Of a stretch of 64,000 nucleotides of DNA, positions 40,800 through 50,450 are shown piece by piece. The translations under genes were made by a program, and so were the position numbers. The stretch is from an uncultured Nitrospirales bacterium (GTDB taxonomy: Bacteria > Hydrogenedentota > Hydrogenedentia > Hydrogenedentales > GCA-2746185). Position 1 is the first letter of the stretch. The number at the start of each line of letters is the position of its first letter. The DNA is taken from assembly GCA_964411925.1 (NCBI GenBank), contig CAYPNI010000002.1, positions 1,653-65,652 of the forward strand, given 5' to 3'. The notes below the pieces were generated by a model. That model was given only the letters and a program-made list of their open reading frames with translations, had not been told where the DNA came from and searched no databases.

Positions 40800-41189
40800 T
40801 TAGCGCCGCGGGTTGAGGCGCGCAATGGGCACGCAGGCGTCCTCCGTCGCGCCACATTGCCTGAACGCGTTCTTCATGCGTGTGCGCATGGCCTTCAGCC
40901 GCGCAATTTTGCGGTCGATGTCCTGCAGGCGCGCGGCGATGGTGGGGGCTGTGTTGGCGCAGATGGCGGCATTGTCTTCGATGAGATCGAGAAATGTCTG
41001 GGTGTCGGCGAGCGTGAAGCCCATCTCCTGCATGTCTTGAATGAAGGCGAGGCGATCGGGGGAGTTGTCCGCGTATTCCTTGTATTGGTTTTCGCGGCGC
41101 TGGACGACGTCGATCAGCCCGCGGCGCTCGTAGTACCGGATGGTATCGCGGGAAACGTTGGCTTTCTGGGCCAGTTCACCGATAAGCAT
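40800..41189 (-). CDS. MerR-family transcriptional regulator
   Basis: N-terminal HTH MLIGELAQKANVSRDTIRYYERRGLI, a coiled-coil dimerisation region, and C-terminal Cys residues (CANT..., CGATEDAC). Confidence 0.85.
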   Translation of the reverse strand: MLIGELAQKANVSRDTIRYYERRGLIDVVQRRENQYKEYADNSPDRLAFIQDMQEMGFTLADTQTFLDLIEDNAAICANTAPTIAARLQDIDRKIARLKAMRTRMKNAFRQCGATEDACVPIARLNPRR

Positions 41190-41282
41190 GAGCGACCTCC
41201 ATGTCTATTGACCGTGGACTATGGTCCACGGTTTAGCGTGGATCAAGTCGGCGAACGGAACGACGTCGAATCGGAGGTGACG

Positions 41283-41792
41283 ATGCGTACGACAGTAGTG
41301 ATCGTGATCGCGGCCGCATGTGCAATGGCCGGATCTCAGAACGGAAGGACGGTGTGCGCCGTGGAGAGCGATGAACTGGCGACGGAATCGACGAAGGCGA
41401 GCACGGGCGAGGTCTGTTGTCTCCCGGCGACCGGAAACGTAGAGAGCGCCGATACGAAGCTTTTTACGGCCAATGGCACTTCGAACGACGCGGCGGCGGG
41501 GCCGCTTGCCTGTTCATTGACCGATTCGGAATTGCGGTCGCGGCTGGAGGAACTGCGCGTTCTGCTCAAGAAGGCGGCCAGGAACATCGTGCGGGAATCG
41601 AGCTCGGTCTCGGTCACTTTCGCGGAGGGACATTCGGCGGAGGTGATGAAGTTCGTGGAACTGGAGCGGGCATGTTGTCCGTTCTTCTCGTTCACGTTGC
41701 GGTTGCCCGCCGGCAAACCGATGGAGCTTACGGTGTCGGCCCCGCCGGGTGGGGAGACGTTTCTGAAGGAACTGTTCCCGGACGGCGATTGA
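41283..41792 (+). CDS. Small secreted Cys-containing protein, divergent from the MerR gene
   Basis: Signal peptide MRTTVVIVIAAACAMAGS. CC pairs (EVCCLP, ACCPFFSF). GGAGG SD 5 nt upstream of the ATG. The part of the ORF-track frame upstream of 41283 is antisense to MerR. Confidence 0.55.
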   Translation: MRTTVVIVIAAACAMAGSQNGRTVCAVESDELATESTKASTGEVCCLPATGNVESADTKLFTANGTSNDAAAGPLACSLTDSELRSRLEELRVLLKKAARNIVRESSSVSVTFAEGHSAEVMKFVELERACCPFFSFTLRLPAGKPMELTVSAPPGGETFLKELFPDGD

Positions 41793-41867
41793 CCGAAGGC
41801 GCTCAAAGATACCGCGGCCCTCGGACGATGATTTCGTCTTGGGGGCCGCGGTGGGTATCGGACCTGG

Positions 41868-42920
41868 TCAGCTGATCTGCAGCGATTTGACGTATTCGCT
41901 GTTGTAGACCTGCTCGGCGTAGGACGCGAGGATCATGCGGTCGTTGTCGGTGAGGGTGGTGTCACCGGTGAGGGTGGCGATGTTGTCTTCGAGGTCGGAT
42001 AGGTTCGAGATGCCGATGTTGAGCATGGAGATGCGCTGATCGGCGAGCACATAACGCAGGGCGGCGGCAGGCACACTGCGCTGCGTCTGCGGGTCGGCGC
42101 CGGCAACGACGTTGCGGGTCCCCTGGCCGAGGAGGTTTGCGCCGAGGGTCTTCATGGCGACGACGGCCATGCCGAGTTCGTGTGCGCGGGCGAGGCACTT
42201 TTCGCGCCACTCGATCTTCGAGTCCGACAGCATGGTCGTCATGGCGCGGCGCATGTAGCCTTTGGCGAGGAGCACCTGGTCGAAGTTGCCGGTGTCGATC
42301 ATAGTGTAGACGTCTTCGAACTGGACGTGCGTCGTGAGGCCGATGAAACGTACGAGTCCCTCGTCGCGCAGCTTGACGATTTCATCGAAGATTTTCATGC
42401 CGAGTTCCGAACCGCCGCGCTCCATCACGGGGCTGTGAATCTGGAGACAATCGACGTAGTCGGTGTCGAGTTCCTTGAGCGAGGTTTCGAGGCTCTTGCG
42501 GGTCTCGCTGGGGCGCGGGTCGGCGACTTTGGTCGCGAGGTAGACGTTGTCGCGGACGTCCTTGAGCGCGGCACCCATGATGCGTTCGCTCTCGGAGTAG
42601 ACGCGAGCGGTATCGAAATAGCGCACGCCTTTGTCATAGGCGGTGCGAACCATCTTCACGCGCTCGGCCTCGGGATCGAGCTTGACCATGTAGGCCGCCT
42701 CCCACGAATTGACCATGGCGGAGCCGCCGTGACCGAGGACGGGCAGCACGTGGCCGGTCTTGCCGAAGGGCCGGGTGGGGATGGCGCCGGTGGCGGCGAT
42801 CTGCTTGTTGGCCGGGGCGGCATGGGCGACGCCGGCACTCAACGCGGCTGCGCCCGCGGCGACGTGCACGCCGGTCTTGAGGAAGCTGCGGCGATCGATT
42901 TGAGACGAGGGCTCGTGCAT
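41868..42920 (-). CDS. Aldo/keto reductase with twin-arginine (Tat) signal peptide
   Basis: Tat signal RRSFLKTGVHVAAGAAALSAGVAHA. AKR motifs (FDTARVYSE..., IGLTTH, catalytic Tyr region). Confidence 0.8.
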   Translation of the reverse strand: MHEPSSQIDRRSFLKTGVHVAAGAAALSAGVAHAAPANKQIAATGAIPTRPFGKTGHVLPVLGHGGSAMVNSWEAAYMVKLDPEAERVKMVRTAYDKGVRYFDTARVYSESERIMGAALKDVRDNVYLATKVADPRPSETRKSLETSLKELDTDYVDCLQIHSPVMERGGSELGMKIFDEIVKLRDEGLVRFIGLTTHVQFEDVYTMIDTGNFDQVLLAKGYMRRAMTTMLSDSKIEWREKCLARAHELGMAVVAMKTLGANLLGQGTRNVVAGADPQTQRSVPAAALRYVLADQRISMLNIGISNLSDLEDNIATLTGDTTLTDNDRMILASYAEQVYNSEYVKSLQIS

Positions 42921-43033
42921 GGGGGTTCTCCTGGGGATGACTGCGTCCGCGGTCGAATGCGGCCATTGTGGCACCGGCCTACACGTAATACAACGAACTG
43001 GAGCGCGCATGTCTTACGGGCGGGGCCGTGAAC

Positions 43034-44791
43034 TTAGTTCAACAACAGGCCCAATTCGTCGTGTCCCGCCAAGGCGGCGATATCCGCAGGGGTGCGGCCG
43101 CTGGCGTCGGGCAAGGACGGATCCGCCCCTCGTTTGCGCAATTCGCTGGCGGCCGATTGGTTGCCCGCAGCGGCGGCGAAGTGGAGCGGCGTCCAGCCGG
43201 CGGGGTTTTGCGCGTCATTGACGTCCGGGTTGCGATCGAGTACGAGTGTGAGCAATGTGGGGATTCGTGATTCGGCGGCGAGATGAATGGGCAGGTATCC
43301 GCCGGGGTCGCGATGCTTTAGTGCGTCCGGATCCGATTCGAGTACGTGCCGCAACGCGGTCTCGGATTCGAGTGCGATCGCAAGATGGGCGAGCGGGACG
43401 CCACGCTTGGCCTCGGGCAGGAGCATCGCCAACTGGCGATCGAAGGCCGGCCCTGTCTGGTCGGAAGCGGTGTCGCGCGCAAGCTCCTGGAGATTCATCG
43501 GCGGCGCTTCGGGCTCCGGTTCGGACAGCTTGAGTTGGTCGAGCAACCGGACGTGGCCGTTTCGCTGAGCGATGACGAAGGGGGACAGCCCTTCGCTGTC
43601 GAGGGCCTCGATCGAAGCGCCCGCGGCGACCAGCGCGCGGACGGGGACCAGATCGCCGGCGAACGCCGCGTAGTGCAACGGACTGCGGCCTAGGAAGTCG
43701 GTGGCGTTCGGGTCTGCGCCATGCTCGAGCAGCAGCTTAATGTCCGGGCGCATCGCACCCATCGCGGCGAGATGGAGCGGCGTGCGGCCGAGACCGTCGA
43801 CCGCGTCTGAGTCGGCGCCATGTTGCACGAGCATCGCGACGATGTCCGCGTCGCGTCCGAGCACGGCAGCATGGAGCGATGTCCAGCCGGAGGGTTTCAT
43901 GGGCTCGTCGGGGTCGAGCCCATCGTCGAGGGCGCGTTTAGCCATGGGTTCGTTGCCGGCCATCGCCGCCTGGAACAGGCGGGTGAATCCCGCGACGGAG
44001 CGGTCGCTGATGTCGGCCAGCGCGACAGGCGTGTCCGCTCCTGAGCCGATTGCTGCGTCGAAAGCGGTATTCGAAAGTCTTTTCAGCAGATTCGGTTTGT
44101 TTTTTGACTGATCGAGCAGGGCTTGAATGACGACGGTCCAATTCTTCTTCGCCGCGGTGCTCATGCGTGCGTTGGCGCGGGCCGGAGTGTCTACGAGGCG
44201 GGCGCCTGCATCGATCAGCAGCGTGGCGGCATCCGGGCTGGCTTGTTCGAGCGCGAGATCGATCGGGGCGTTGTCGAACCCGGAGACGGCATTGACGTCC
44301 GCACCACGTGCGATGAGGAGTTTGACCAGGTCCACATGGCCGCGGCGGATGGCGAGATGGAGCGGGCGCCGTCCCTCGCTGTTGGCCGCGTTAATGTCGG
44401 CACCGAGGTCCAGTATCCGTTCTGCTAGATCGCGGCGGCCCCAGTGCGCAGCCCAATGCAACGGCGTCGAAAGCGTTCGGTCGGCCAGCTTCACGTCGGC
44501 GTCGTTGTCGAGCAGGTACGACGCAATGTCTGCGCGATCTTTGCTCAGCGCGGAAACGAGGGGCGTCGCACGCGAGTAGGTGTCGGTGCTGTTTACCGAG
44601 GCGCCGTGTTCGAGGAAGTACTTTACGAGTTCGAGTTCGCCGTCGGCAGCGGCGCTGAAGACGTTGCCGCGTGCAATGAGCGCTTCCGGATTCGCGGACG
44701 TACCCGGGTCCTCCGGCGATTGCTGCGCGGACGCCGCCTGGGCGAGGATCGCAAGGATGAGGGCGAAATAGCGGGGAACCACAGGCCTCAT
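43034..44791 (-). CDS. Secreted ankyrin-repeat protein (~15 repeats)
   Basis: Signal peptide MRPVVPRYFALILAILAQAASAQQ. Repeated TPLHLAA..GH...LLL..GAD motifs throughout the 585 aa. Confidence 0.85.
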   Translation of the reverse strand: MRPVVPRYFALILAILAQAASAQQSPEDPGTSANPEALIARGNVFSAAADGELELVKYFLEHGASVNSTDTYSRATPLVSALSKDRADIASYLLDNDADVKLADRTLSTPLHWAAHWGRRDLAERILDLGADINAANSEGRRPLHLAIRRGHVDLVKLLIARGADVNAVSGFDNAPIDLALEQASPDAATLLIDAGARLVDTPARANARMSTAAKKNWTVVIQALLDQSKNKPNLLKRLSNTAFDAAIGSGADTPVALADISDRSVAGFTRLFQAAMAGNEPMAKRALDDGLDPDEPMKPSGWTSLHAAVLGRDADIVAMLVQHGADSDAVDGLGRTPLHLAAMGAMRPDIKLLLEHGADPNATDFLGRSPLHYAAFAGDLVPVRALVAAGASIEALDSEGLSPFVIAQRNGHVRLLDQLKLSEPEPEAPPMNLQELARDTASDQTGPAFDRQLAMLLPEAKRGVPLAHLAIALESETALRHVLESDPDALKHRDPGGYLPIHLAAESRIPTLLTLVLDRNPDVNDAQNPAGWTPLHFAAAAGNQSAASELRKRGADPSLPDASGRTPADIAALAGHDELGLLLN

Positions 44792-45084
44792 AGACGACTC
44801 CGCACGCTCTGGACCTTCTCGCTCAGGGATTGGTCGCGATCGGACCTTGTACCCAGCTTGATGGTGGTGGTGATTCGCGGCGCTCCCATGTCATGAACGA
44901 TCTCGTGGCATTTTTTGATGACAGCGAAGACCGCGTCCCAGTCGCCTTCGATGTTGGTGCCGTACGCGTGCATTTCATGGGTGAGGCCGGCGTCTCGAAT
45001 GGCCTTTTGGCAGGCGACGATGTATTCGGAGAGGGAGACGCCCACACCGATGGGAACGACGCAAAGATCGACGAGAACTTTCAC
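44788..45084 (-). CDS. MTH1187/YkoF-family (DUF77) small protein, immediately upstream of and overlapping the ankyrin gene
   Basis: VKVLVDLCVVPIGVGVSLSEYIVACQKAIRDAGLTHEMHAYGTNIEGDWDAVFAVIKKCHEIVHDMGAPRI matches the MTH1187/YkoF pattern. GTG start at 45084 chosen; the longer ORF-track N-terminus is low-complexity. Confidence 0.55.
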   Translation of the reverse strand: MKVLVDLCVVPIGVGVSLSEYIVACQKAIRDAGLTHEMHAYGTNIEGDWDAVFAVIKKCHEIVHDMGAPRITTTIKLGTRSDRDQSLSEKVQSVRSRL

Positions 45085-45208
45085 CGGAATTCTGCCCGCC
45101 TGACGGGAAATCCGGAGTATACCGCCGCAGTGACTGGCTTTGGTACCGTTCCATCTCGCTTCGTGGACGTGCCAGGCGGTCGATGCGCATTGTGGGAGAG
45201 GTGATCTC

Positions 45209-46504
45209 TTGAGGGACCAGGCGCGCACAGCCGGCGGAAAACACCGTCGGCGGCTCGCGTTGACGCTGGGGGCCGCGATCGCCGGAGGGCTCGCGCTACT
45301 CGCCCAATTCGAGCGGATCCACCAGGTGGATTTCATGGGGGATGAATCGGGGTGGATCGCCTCCGCCGGGTACTACACCGACCTCGTGGCGATGGGGGAT
45401 TTCTCTCACGCGAGCTGGGAGGGGGAACACCTCGGTCCGTGGGGGAGCATCAACCCGAGCCTTGGAAAACTGCTGCTGGGCGCGGGTCTTCGGTTGAATC
45501 CCCGGGTGACCGGCCGCGATTTGGAGTTCCGGCAGGTGTATCGGTTCTCGCAGAGCTTCGAATGGAACGCGAAGTGGGGAAATGTGCCGTACGAGTCGAC
45601 TGTAATTCGCGCGCGCGAGGTCACGGCGGCGTTCTATTCGTTGTCACTCCTCGTGTTGTTCGTGGCGGTGGCGATGCATTCGAACGTCTTCGCGGGCTTA
45701 GTTGTGGTGGCCGCGATGTTGACGAACGGGTGGGTGGTGAAGGAGACGACGCCGGTCCTCACTGATCCGTACTTTTTTCTATTCATGTTCGGACTGGTTT
45801 GCGTTGGCGGCCGAGCGATGGCAGCAGAGGCCGTTCGAGTGAAGACGGCGTGGTTTGCCCTGGCGGGTGTGCTCGCGGGCGCGGCGTGTTCGGTAAAAAT
45901 CAACGGGTTGCCGCTGGCGGGCGTGTTCGTGGTTTCGCTGTTGGCTTATGAAAGCGCGGTGCGGCGCGGGGTTTCGTGGAAGGCGCAAGCGGGGGCCCTC
46001 GGGTCGTTCATCATCAGCGCGCTCGCGGTGATATACGCGCTCAATCCCTATTTCTGGCCGACAGACTCATGGAGAAATGTCCTCGAGTTTCCGCGACTGT
46101 TTGCGAGGTGGCCGGACTTGTTCGCGATCCAGCGCGAACAGCTTCCATGGCCCGAGACGGGCCGAACCCTGGAGATCATCCGGGTGTTGTTCGGGCTGTT
46201 TACGCTGTACGCGATCGAGATTTTGTTCTTCGGTGTGGGCCTGGGGCTACTCGCGACTCGACTGGTGCGATCGGTGGCGCAGAAACAACTGGACGCGAGC
46301 GTTGTGCCGTTTCTGTTCTTCGCGGTAAATCTGGTCTTTCTGCTCGCGCTTCTTCCGGTGAACTATCGGCGGTACTACCTGTTGGCGGTGGCTTCGGTCA
46401 AGGTCATCGAGGCGGTCGGACTCTCGTGGCTGGTCGTAACGCCGCTGATGTGGGCTGTTCGAACGGTGGTCAACCGAACGCCGCGGGCGATGAATCCGTC
46501 TTAA
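45209..46504 (+). CDS. Polytopic membrane protein, probable GT-C fold (PMT/ArnT-like) glycosyltransferase
   Basis: About 11 TM helices. A DE-containing first loop (FMGDESGWIASAGYY) resembles the PMT/ArnT catalytic loop. TTG start with GGGAGAGG SD. Confidence 0.45.
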   Translation: MRDQARTAGGKHRRRLALTLGAAIAGGLALLAQFERIHQVDFMGDESGWIASAGYYTDLVAMGDFSHASWEGEHLGPWGSINPSLGKLLLGAGLRLNPRVTGRDLEFRQVYRFSQSFEWNAKWGNVPYESTVIRAREVTAAFYSLSLLVLFVAVAMHSNVFAGLVVVAAMLTNGWVVKETTPVLTDPYFFLFMFGLVCVGGRAMAAEAVRVKTAWFALAGVLAGAACSVKINGLPLAGVFVVSLLAYESAVRRGVSWKAQAGALGSFIISALAVIYALNPYFWPTDSWRNVLEFPRLFARWPDLFAIQREQLPWPETGRTLEIIRVLFGLFTLYAIEILFFGVGLGLLATRLVRSVAQKQLDASVVPFLFFAVNLVFLLALLPVNYRRYYLLAVASVKVIEAVGLSWLVVTPLMWAVRTVVNRTPRAMNPS

Positions 46505-46515
46505 GGCGGCGGCGG

Positions 46516-47094
46516 TTACTTCTGTGCGCGCGCTCTCACGACTTCGACGAAGGCGTCGGACTTCATGCCTGCGGCGCGTCCCTCGGCCTCGGCCTGATCG
46601 GCGGTGAGGCCGGCGCGGTCGATGCGGTAGAGGGCCCAGACGGCGCCGACACGGTTCGAGCTGGCGCAGTGGAGAAGAACGGGGGCGCCCTGGGCGGCGT
46701 CGAGCGCGTCGAACATTTTCGCGAGGTCTTCATTCGAGGGGAGGTCGCGGCCCATGGGCAGGTTGACGTATTTCATGCCCGCAGACTCGACGGCGGCTTT
46801 CTCGTCGAAGCCGAGTTGGGCCATTTCGGGTTCGGTGCGCAGGTTGACGATGGTCTTGACGCCGCGCTTGGCGAACTCGGCGAGGTCGGACTCGGAGGGC
46901 TGTCCGGCGAAGAAATGTTTTCCGGAAGTGTCGCTGGAGACATTAGGGGTGTCGCCGACTTGGGCGGGTTTGATGGTGACGGGTTCGGATTGATGCGCGG
47001 GGTTGGCGGTGGGGGAATCGTTTTGCTGGGCGGCGATCGCGCTGGCGACGAAAAGGACGAACGCGGCAGTGAGTGAAGCGGTCAGTCGTCTCAT
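46516..47094 (-). CDS. Secreted CX5R-motif (protein-tyrosine / dual-specificity phosphatase-like) protein
   Basis: Signal peptide MRRLTASLTAAFVLFVASAIAAQQ. P-loop LLHCASSNRVG (HCX5R). Confidence 0.6.
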   Translation of the reverse strand: MRRLTASLTAAFVLFVASAIAAQQNDSPTANPAHQSEPVTIKPAQVGDTPNVSSDTSGKHFFAGQPSESDLAEFAKRGVKTIVNLRTEPEMAQLGFDEKAAVESAGMKYVNLPMGRDLPSNEDLAKMFDALDAAQGAPVLLHCASSNRVGAVWALYRIDRAGLTADQAEAEGRAAGMKSDAFVEVVRARAQK

Positions 47095-47349
47095 CGGTTT
47101 GAATCCTCGCAGGTCAGTCTTGGTGAACACGGTATAGAGGGCGCCGGGCAAAAGGCGAATCCCGGGTAATTCCGGACTTGAGATTTCCATTGCGGATTCG
47201 TGCGATGGCGGCGGGCCGCGGGGATGGCTTCGTCGCAATGACCGGGAAGCATGAGAATTATGGGAGGTGTGGGGAAACGGATCGCCGGGCGTTCGGCGAA
47301 TTGTCGATCGGTTGGGGTGAGGGTGGTAGGCCCGGTTGTGACGTAGCGG

Positions 47350-48330
47350 TCAGATTCGGACTGGTTGGCGGGAGCGGGCGGAGCGGTAAGCGGCGAGGGT
47401 GACTTCGACGGCGCGTAGACCGTCTTCGCCGGTGGCGGCGGGGGGACGTCTGTCGCGAACAGCATCGACGAAATCGCGGACGAGCGCGAAATTCGCATCA
47501 TCGCCCCAGCCTGCCCACTCGTGGCGGCCGGTGTCGTCGCGGTAAACGTCCACCTTCTGCGCGAAGGCGTCCACACTAAGCGTGCCGCGGGCGCCGTGGA
47601 GTTCGAGCGTAAGGTCACCCCACGTGGGGAACGACGTGGGCCGGTTCCAGCTGGCGACGTGGGCGACCCGGATGCCGGTCTCCATTTCGAGTTGGAGGCT
47701 GCCGATGTCGTCGGTGCGGATGCCGGGCCGAAGTTTATTGCCGAGGGCGCAGTAGACGCGGGTGAATTCGCGGCCGGTGATCCAGCGGAGCGCGTCGGCG
47801 ACGTGGACGGTGTGATCCATGACGGCGCCGCCGCCGCTCAACTTCGGGTCGGCGAACCATCCTCCAGGGAACTGGCCGTTGTTCGTGCAGGCGGCGGCGA
47901 GCAATGGCCCGATTTCGCCTCGCCGGAACCGCTCGCGCGTCTCGACGAGGGGCGTGGCGAATCGGCAGGGGAAGGCGGTGCCGAGGCCGACCTTGGCCCG
48001 GCGGCAGGCGGCGACCATGGCGCGGGCATCGGCGATCGTGGTGGCGAGCGGCTTCTCGCACAGGACCCAGAGTCCGGCCCTGGCGGCCGCTTCGACCATC
48101 GGGCGGTGCTTGACGTTTTCCGAACAGACGATGACCGAGTCGAGATCGTTGGCGAGGAACTTGTCGCGACTGGCGGTGAAGGTCGTGCCGTATAGCTTTG
48201 CAGCGGCGCGGCCGCGGCGCGCGTCGTCGTCCCAGATTCCCGCGAGTTCGGCGCTGTCGATGCGGGTGAGCGCAGCGGCGTATGCGTGCGCGTGCATATG
48301 CGCGAAACTCATAATGCCGACTCGGATCAT
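47350..48330 (-). CDS. Gfo/Idh/MocA-family NAD(P)-dependent oxidoreductase
   Basis: IRVGIMSFAHMHAHAYAAAL...VLCEKPLA...DHTVHVAD layout. Confidence 0.85.
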   Translation of the reverse strand: MIRVGIMSFAHMHAHAYAAALTRIDSAELAGIWDDDARRGRAAAKLYGTTFTASRDKFLANDLDSVIVCSENVKHRPMVEAAARAGLWVLCEKPLATTIADARAMVAACRRAKVGLGTAFPCRFATPLVETRERFRRGEIGPLLAAACTNNGQFPGGWFADPKLSGGGAVMDHTVHVADALRWITGREFTRVYCALGNKLRPGIRTDDIGSLQLEMETGIRVAHVASWNRPTSFPTWGDLTLELHGARGTLSVDAFAQKVDVYRDDTGRHEWAGWGDDANFALVRDFVDAVRDRRPPAATGEDGLRAVEVTLAAYRSARSRQPVRI

Positions 48331-49376
48331 GTGGGCTCCTTCCGGTGGAGTTCGTCACGCGCCGGATCGATTCCGGCGTCCGCCGCGCGCTTGAACCAGC
48401 GGCGCGCCGTGGCGGCATTGCGCCGGAGTCCCAGGCCTTCACGGTAGCAGTACCCCAGGCGGAACTGTGCCCAGGGATCGTCCTTGTCGGCGGCGTCCCG
48501 AAAGTACTGCACGGCGCGATCGAGGTCGTGTGGAAGTCCGCGGCCGAGCAAATGGCGCTCACCGAGTTCGCGCATGGCACCGGGGTGACCTAGGGCGGCG
48601 GCCTTCTGCAGCCAGACGATGGCGTCGTCGCGGTCGCCGCGTTTTCGGGATTCGGCCAGGGCGAGGCCGAGCGAGTATTGCGCGGACAGATAGCCCTGGG
48701 CGGCTGAACGGCGCAACCACGAGACCGCGCGGGCGCGACTGCGCCGGACACCGCGGCCGGCGAGGTATATCGCGCCGACGACGAACTGGGCGTGTCGGCT
48801 GCCCGTCTCGGCGGCCTTGCGATACCAGTGGAGCGCACGTGAATCGCTCTGCTTGACGCCTCGCCCTTCACTGTAGAGCCGGCCCATTCGCATCTGCGCG
48901 CGGAGATCGCCGTCCATCGCCGCGCGGCGATACCACTGGGCGGCGCGGCGATAATTCCTGGTGACGCCCGCGCCGTTCTCGTATGCGCGGGCGAGATGAA
49001 ACCGGGCGACTTCGTCGCCGTCGTTCGCGGCCATGCGGTACCAGCGGAGCGCGCGCTTCGCGGACTGACGCACGCCATGGCCGACGGCGTAGCGATAGCC
49101 GAGGGCGAGTTGGGCGTAGTTGTCGCCCTGGAGGGCGGCCTGTTCGAGCCAGCGCGTGGCCGAGCGCGACGAGCCGGAGCCGTTGTCGCTGCGGTAATAC
49201 ATGGACGCAAGGGCGTACTGGGCGGGGGCGTATCCCGCGCGGGCGGAACGCCGCAACCAACGCATGGCTTCCTTGCGATCGCGGCGGCCACCGGTGAGAT
49301 AGGCAGCGGCGAGAACGCATTGGGCTTCGGCGTCGCCGGATTCGGCCATCTCGAGGAGTTCGGGGTCCATGTTCAA
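48327..49376 (-). CDS. Sel1-repeat (SLR/TPR-like) protein, no signal peptide
   Basis: About 9 tandem Sel1 units (AQ..LA..Y..G.GV..D...A..W...AA..G). ATGA overlaps with both flanking oxidoreductase genes. Confidence 0.8.
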   Translation of the reverse strand: MNMDPELLEMAESGDAEAQCVLAAAYLTGGRRDRKEAMRWLRRSARAGYAPAQYALASMYYRSDNGSGSSRSATRWLEQAALQGDNYAQLALGYRYAVGHGVRQSAKRALRWYRMAANDGDEVARFHLARAYENGAGVTRNYRRAAQWYRRAAMDGDLRAQMRMGRLYSEGRGVKQSDSRALHWYRKAAETGSRHAQFVVGAIYLAGRGVRRSRARAVSWLRRSAAQGYLSAQYSLGLALAESRKRGDRDDAIVWLQKAAALGHPGAMRELGERHLLGRGLPHDLDRAVQYFRDAADKDDPWAQFRLGYCYREGLGLRRNAATARRWFKRAADAGIDPARDELHRKEPT

Positions 49377-50296
49377 CGGCCGATCTTGACCGCGCGCGCG
49401 GTGCCAGCGGACTCGACCGCGGCCTCGACGACGCGGAGCACGTGTTCTTCATGCCTGCGCTGCCTGGCGGACATGGGGCCGGCGTCGATGGCGTCGAAAA
49501 ACTGACGCAATCGACGGACGATGACTGGCGGGTCGAGCGGGCTGGACGCGACCGCGGCGCGGCTGGACGTTGCGGTATGCGGCGCGACAGAGAGGATCGC
49601 GTCAGACGTGGTGAATTGGACCATGCCGGAGGCGCCGCAGAGTTCGATCGCGGCGCGGTCGCTGGCGTCGGGCGCAACCGAGGCGACGCACTGCACGAGC
49701 GGGCCGCTGCCCAGGGTCAGCGTGAGCAAGGCGGCGTCCACCGACTTCTTGCGGACGATCTGCGCGAACACCGAGGTGACGCGGCCGAAGGTCTCCGCAA
49801 TCCAGTCGAGGTCGCCCGCGAGCGAATCGAGCGCGTCGCCTCGCGCGGCGTGTCGATGAACACGGACGAAGCCGACCTCGCCGATCGCGCCGGCGGTGAC
49901 CTGGGCGGACGCGGCTGCGAATTGCGGGCAGGACCGGGCGGGATCTGCGGGGGCGAGGACGGCGCCGGCCTGCGCGGCGGCGTCGAGCAGGCGGCGGGCA
50001 TGCTTCGGATGATGCGCGAGGGGAGCGGCCCAGTACACGGGCAGACCGGCACCCAGCGCGTGTGTGGCGGGCTCGATGTCGCGCGGGGATGGCGACGTGA
50101 CGAGGATCGCGTCGGCTGCGGCGATGGCGTGGACGGGCCGGGTGGTGAACGGGACGCCGAACTTCGCGGCGGTGCGCTTTGCGGCAGGGGATGACGCGTC
50201 TGCGCAGGCGGCGATGGTGTGGCCGAGTGAGCGTGCGGCGGCGGCGAGTTCATCCCCGCGAGCGCCGCAGCCGATGAGGGCGAGATTCATGCGCAA
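49373..50296 (-). CDS. Gfo/Idh/MocA-like oxidoreductase (second copy in the operon)
   Basis: N-terminal LALIGCGARG Rossmann motif, Ala-rich, 307 aa. Confidence 0.65.
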   Translation of the reverse strand: MRMNLALIGCGARGDELAAAARSLGHTIAACADASSPAAKRTAAKFGVPFTTRPVHAIAAADAILVTSPSPRDIEPATHALGAGLPVYWAAPLAHHPKHARRLLDAAAQAGAVLAPADPARSCPQFAAASAQVTAGAIGEVGFVRVHRHAARGDALDSLAGDLDWIAETFGRVTSVFAQIVRKKSVDAALLTLTLGSGPLVQCVASVAPDASDRAAIELCGASGMVQFTTSDAILSVAPHTATSSRAAVASSPLDPPVIVRRLRQFFDAIDAGPMSARQRRHEEHVLRVVEAAVESAGTARAVKIGR

Positions 50297-50450
50297 TTTT
50301 CCCCCCGTAGGCAGTATAGGGGGCGGCGGAGAGGGTTTTCGAACAGGGGCGGCGCAGAAGACGTGGGAGGAATGCGATTAGTGAAGTGTGGAGAGTGGAA
50401 CGAGCCTGGGCGTGGCGTCCCCGCGCATGGATGGGCGGTATACTGACGGG

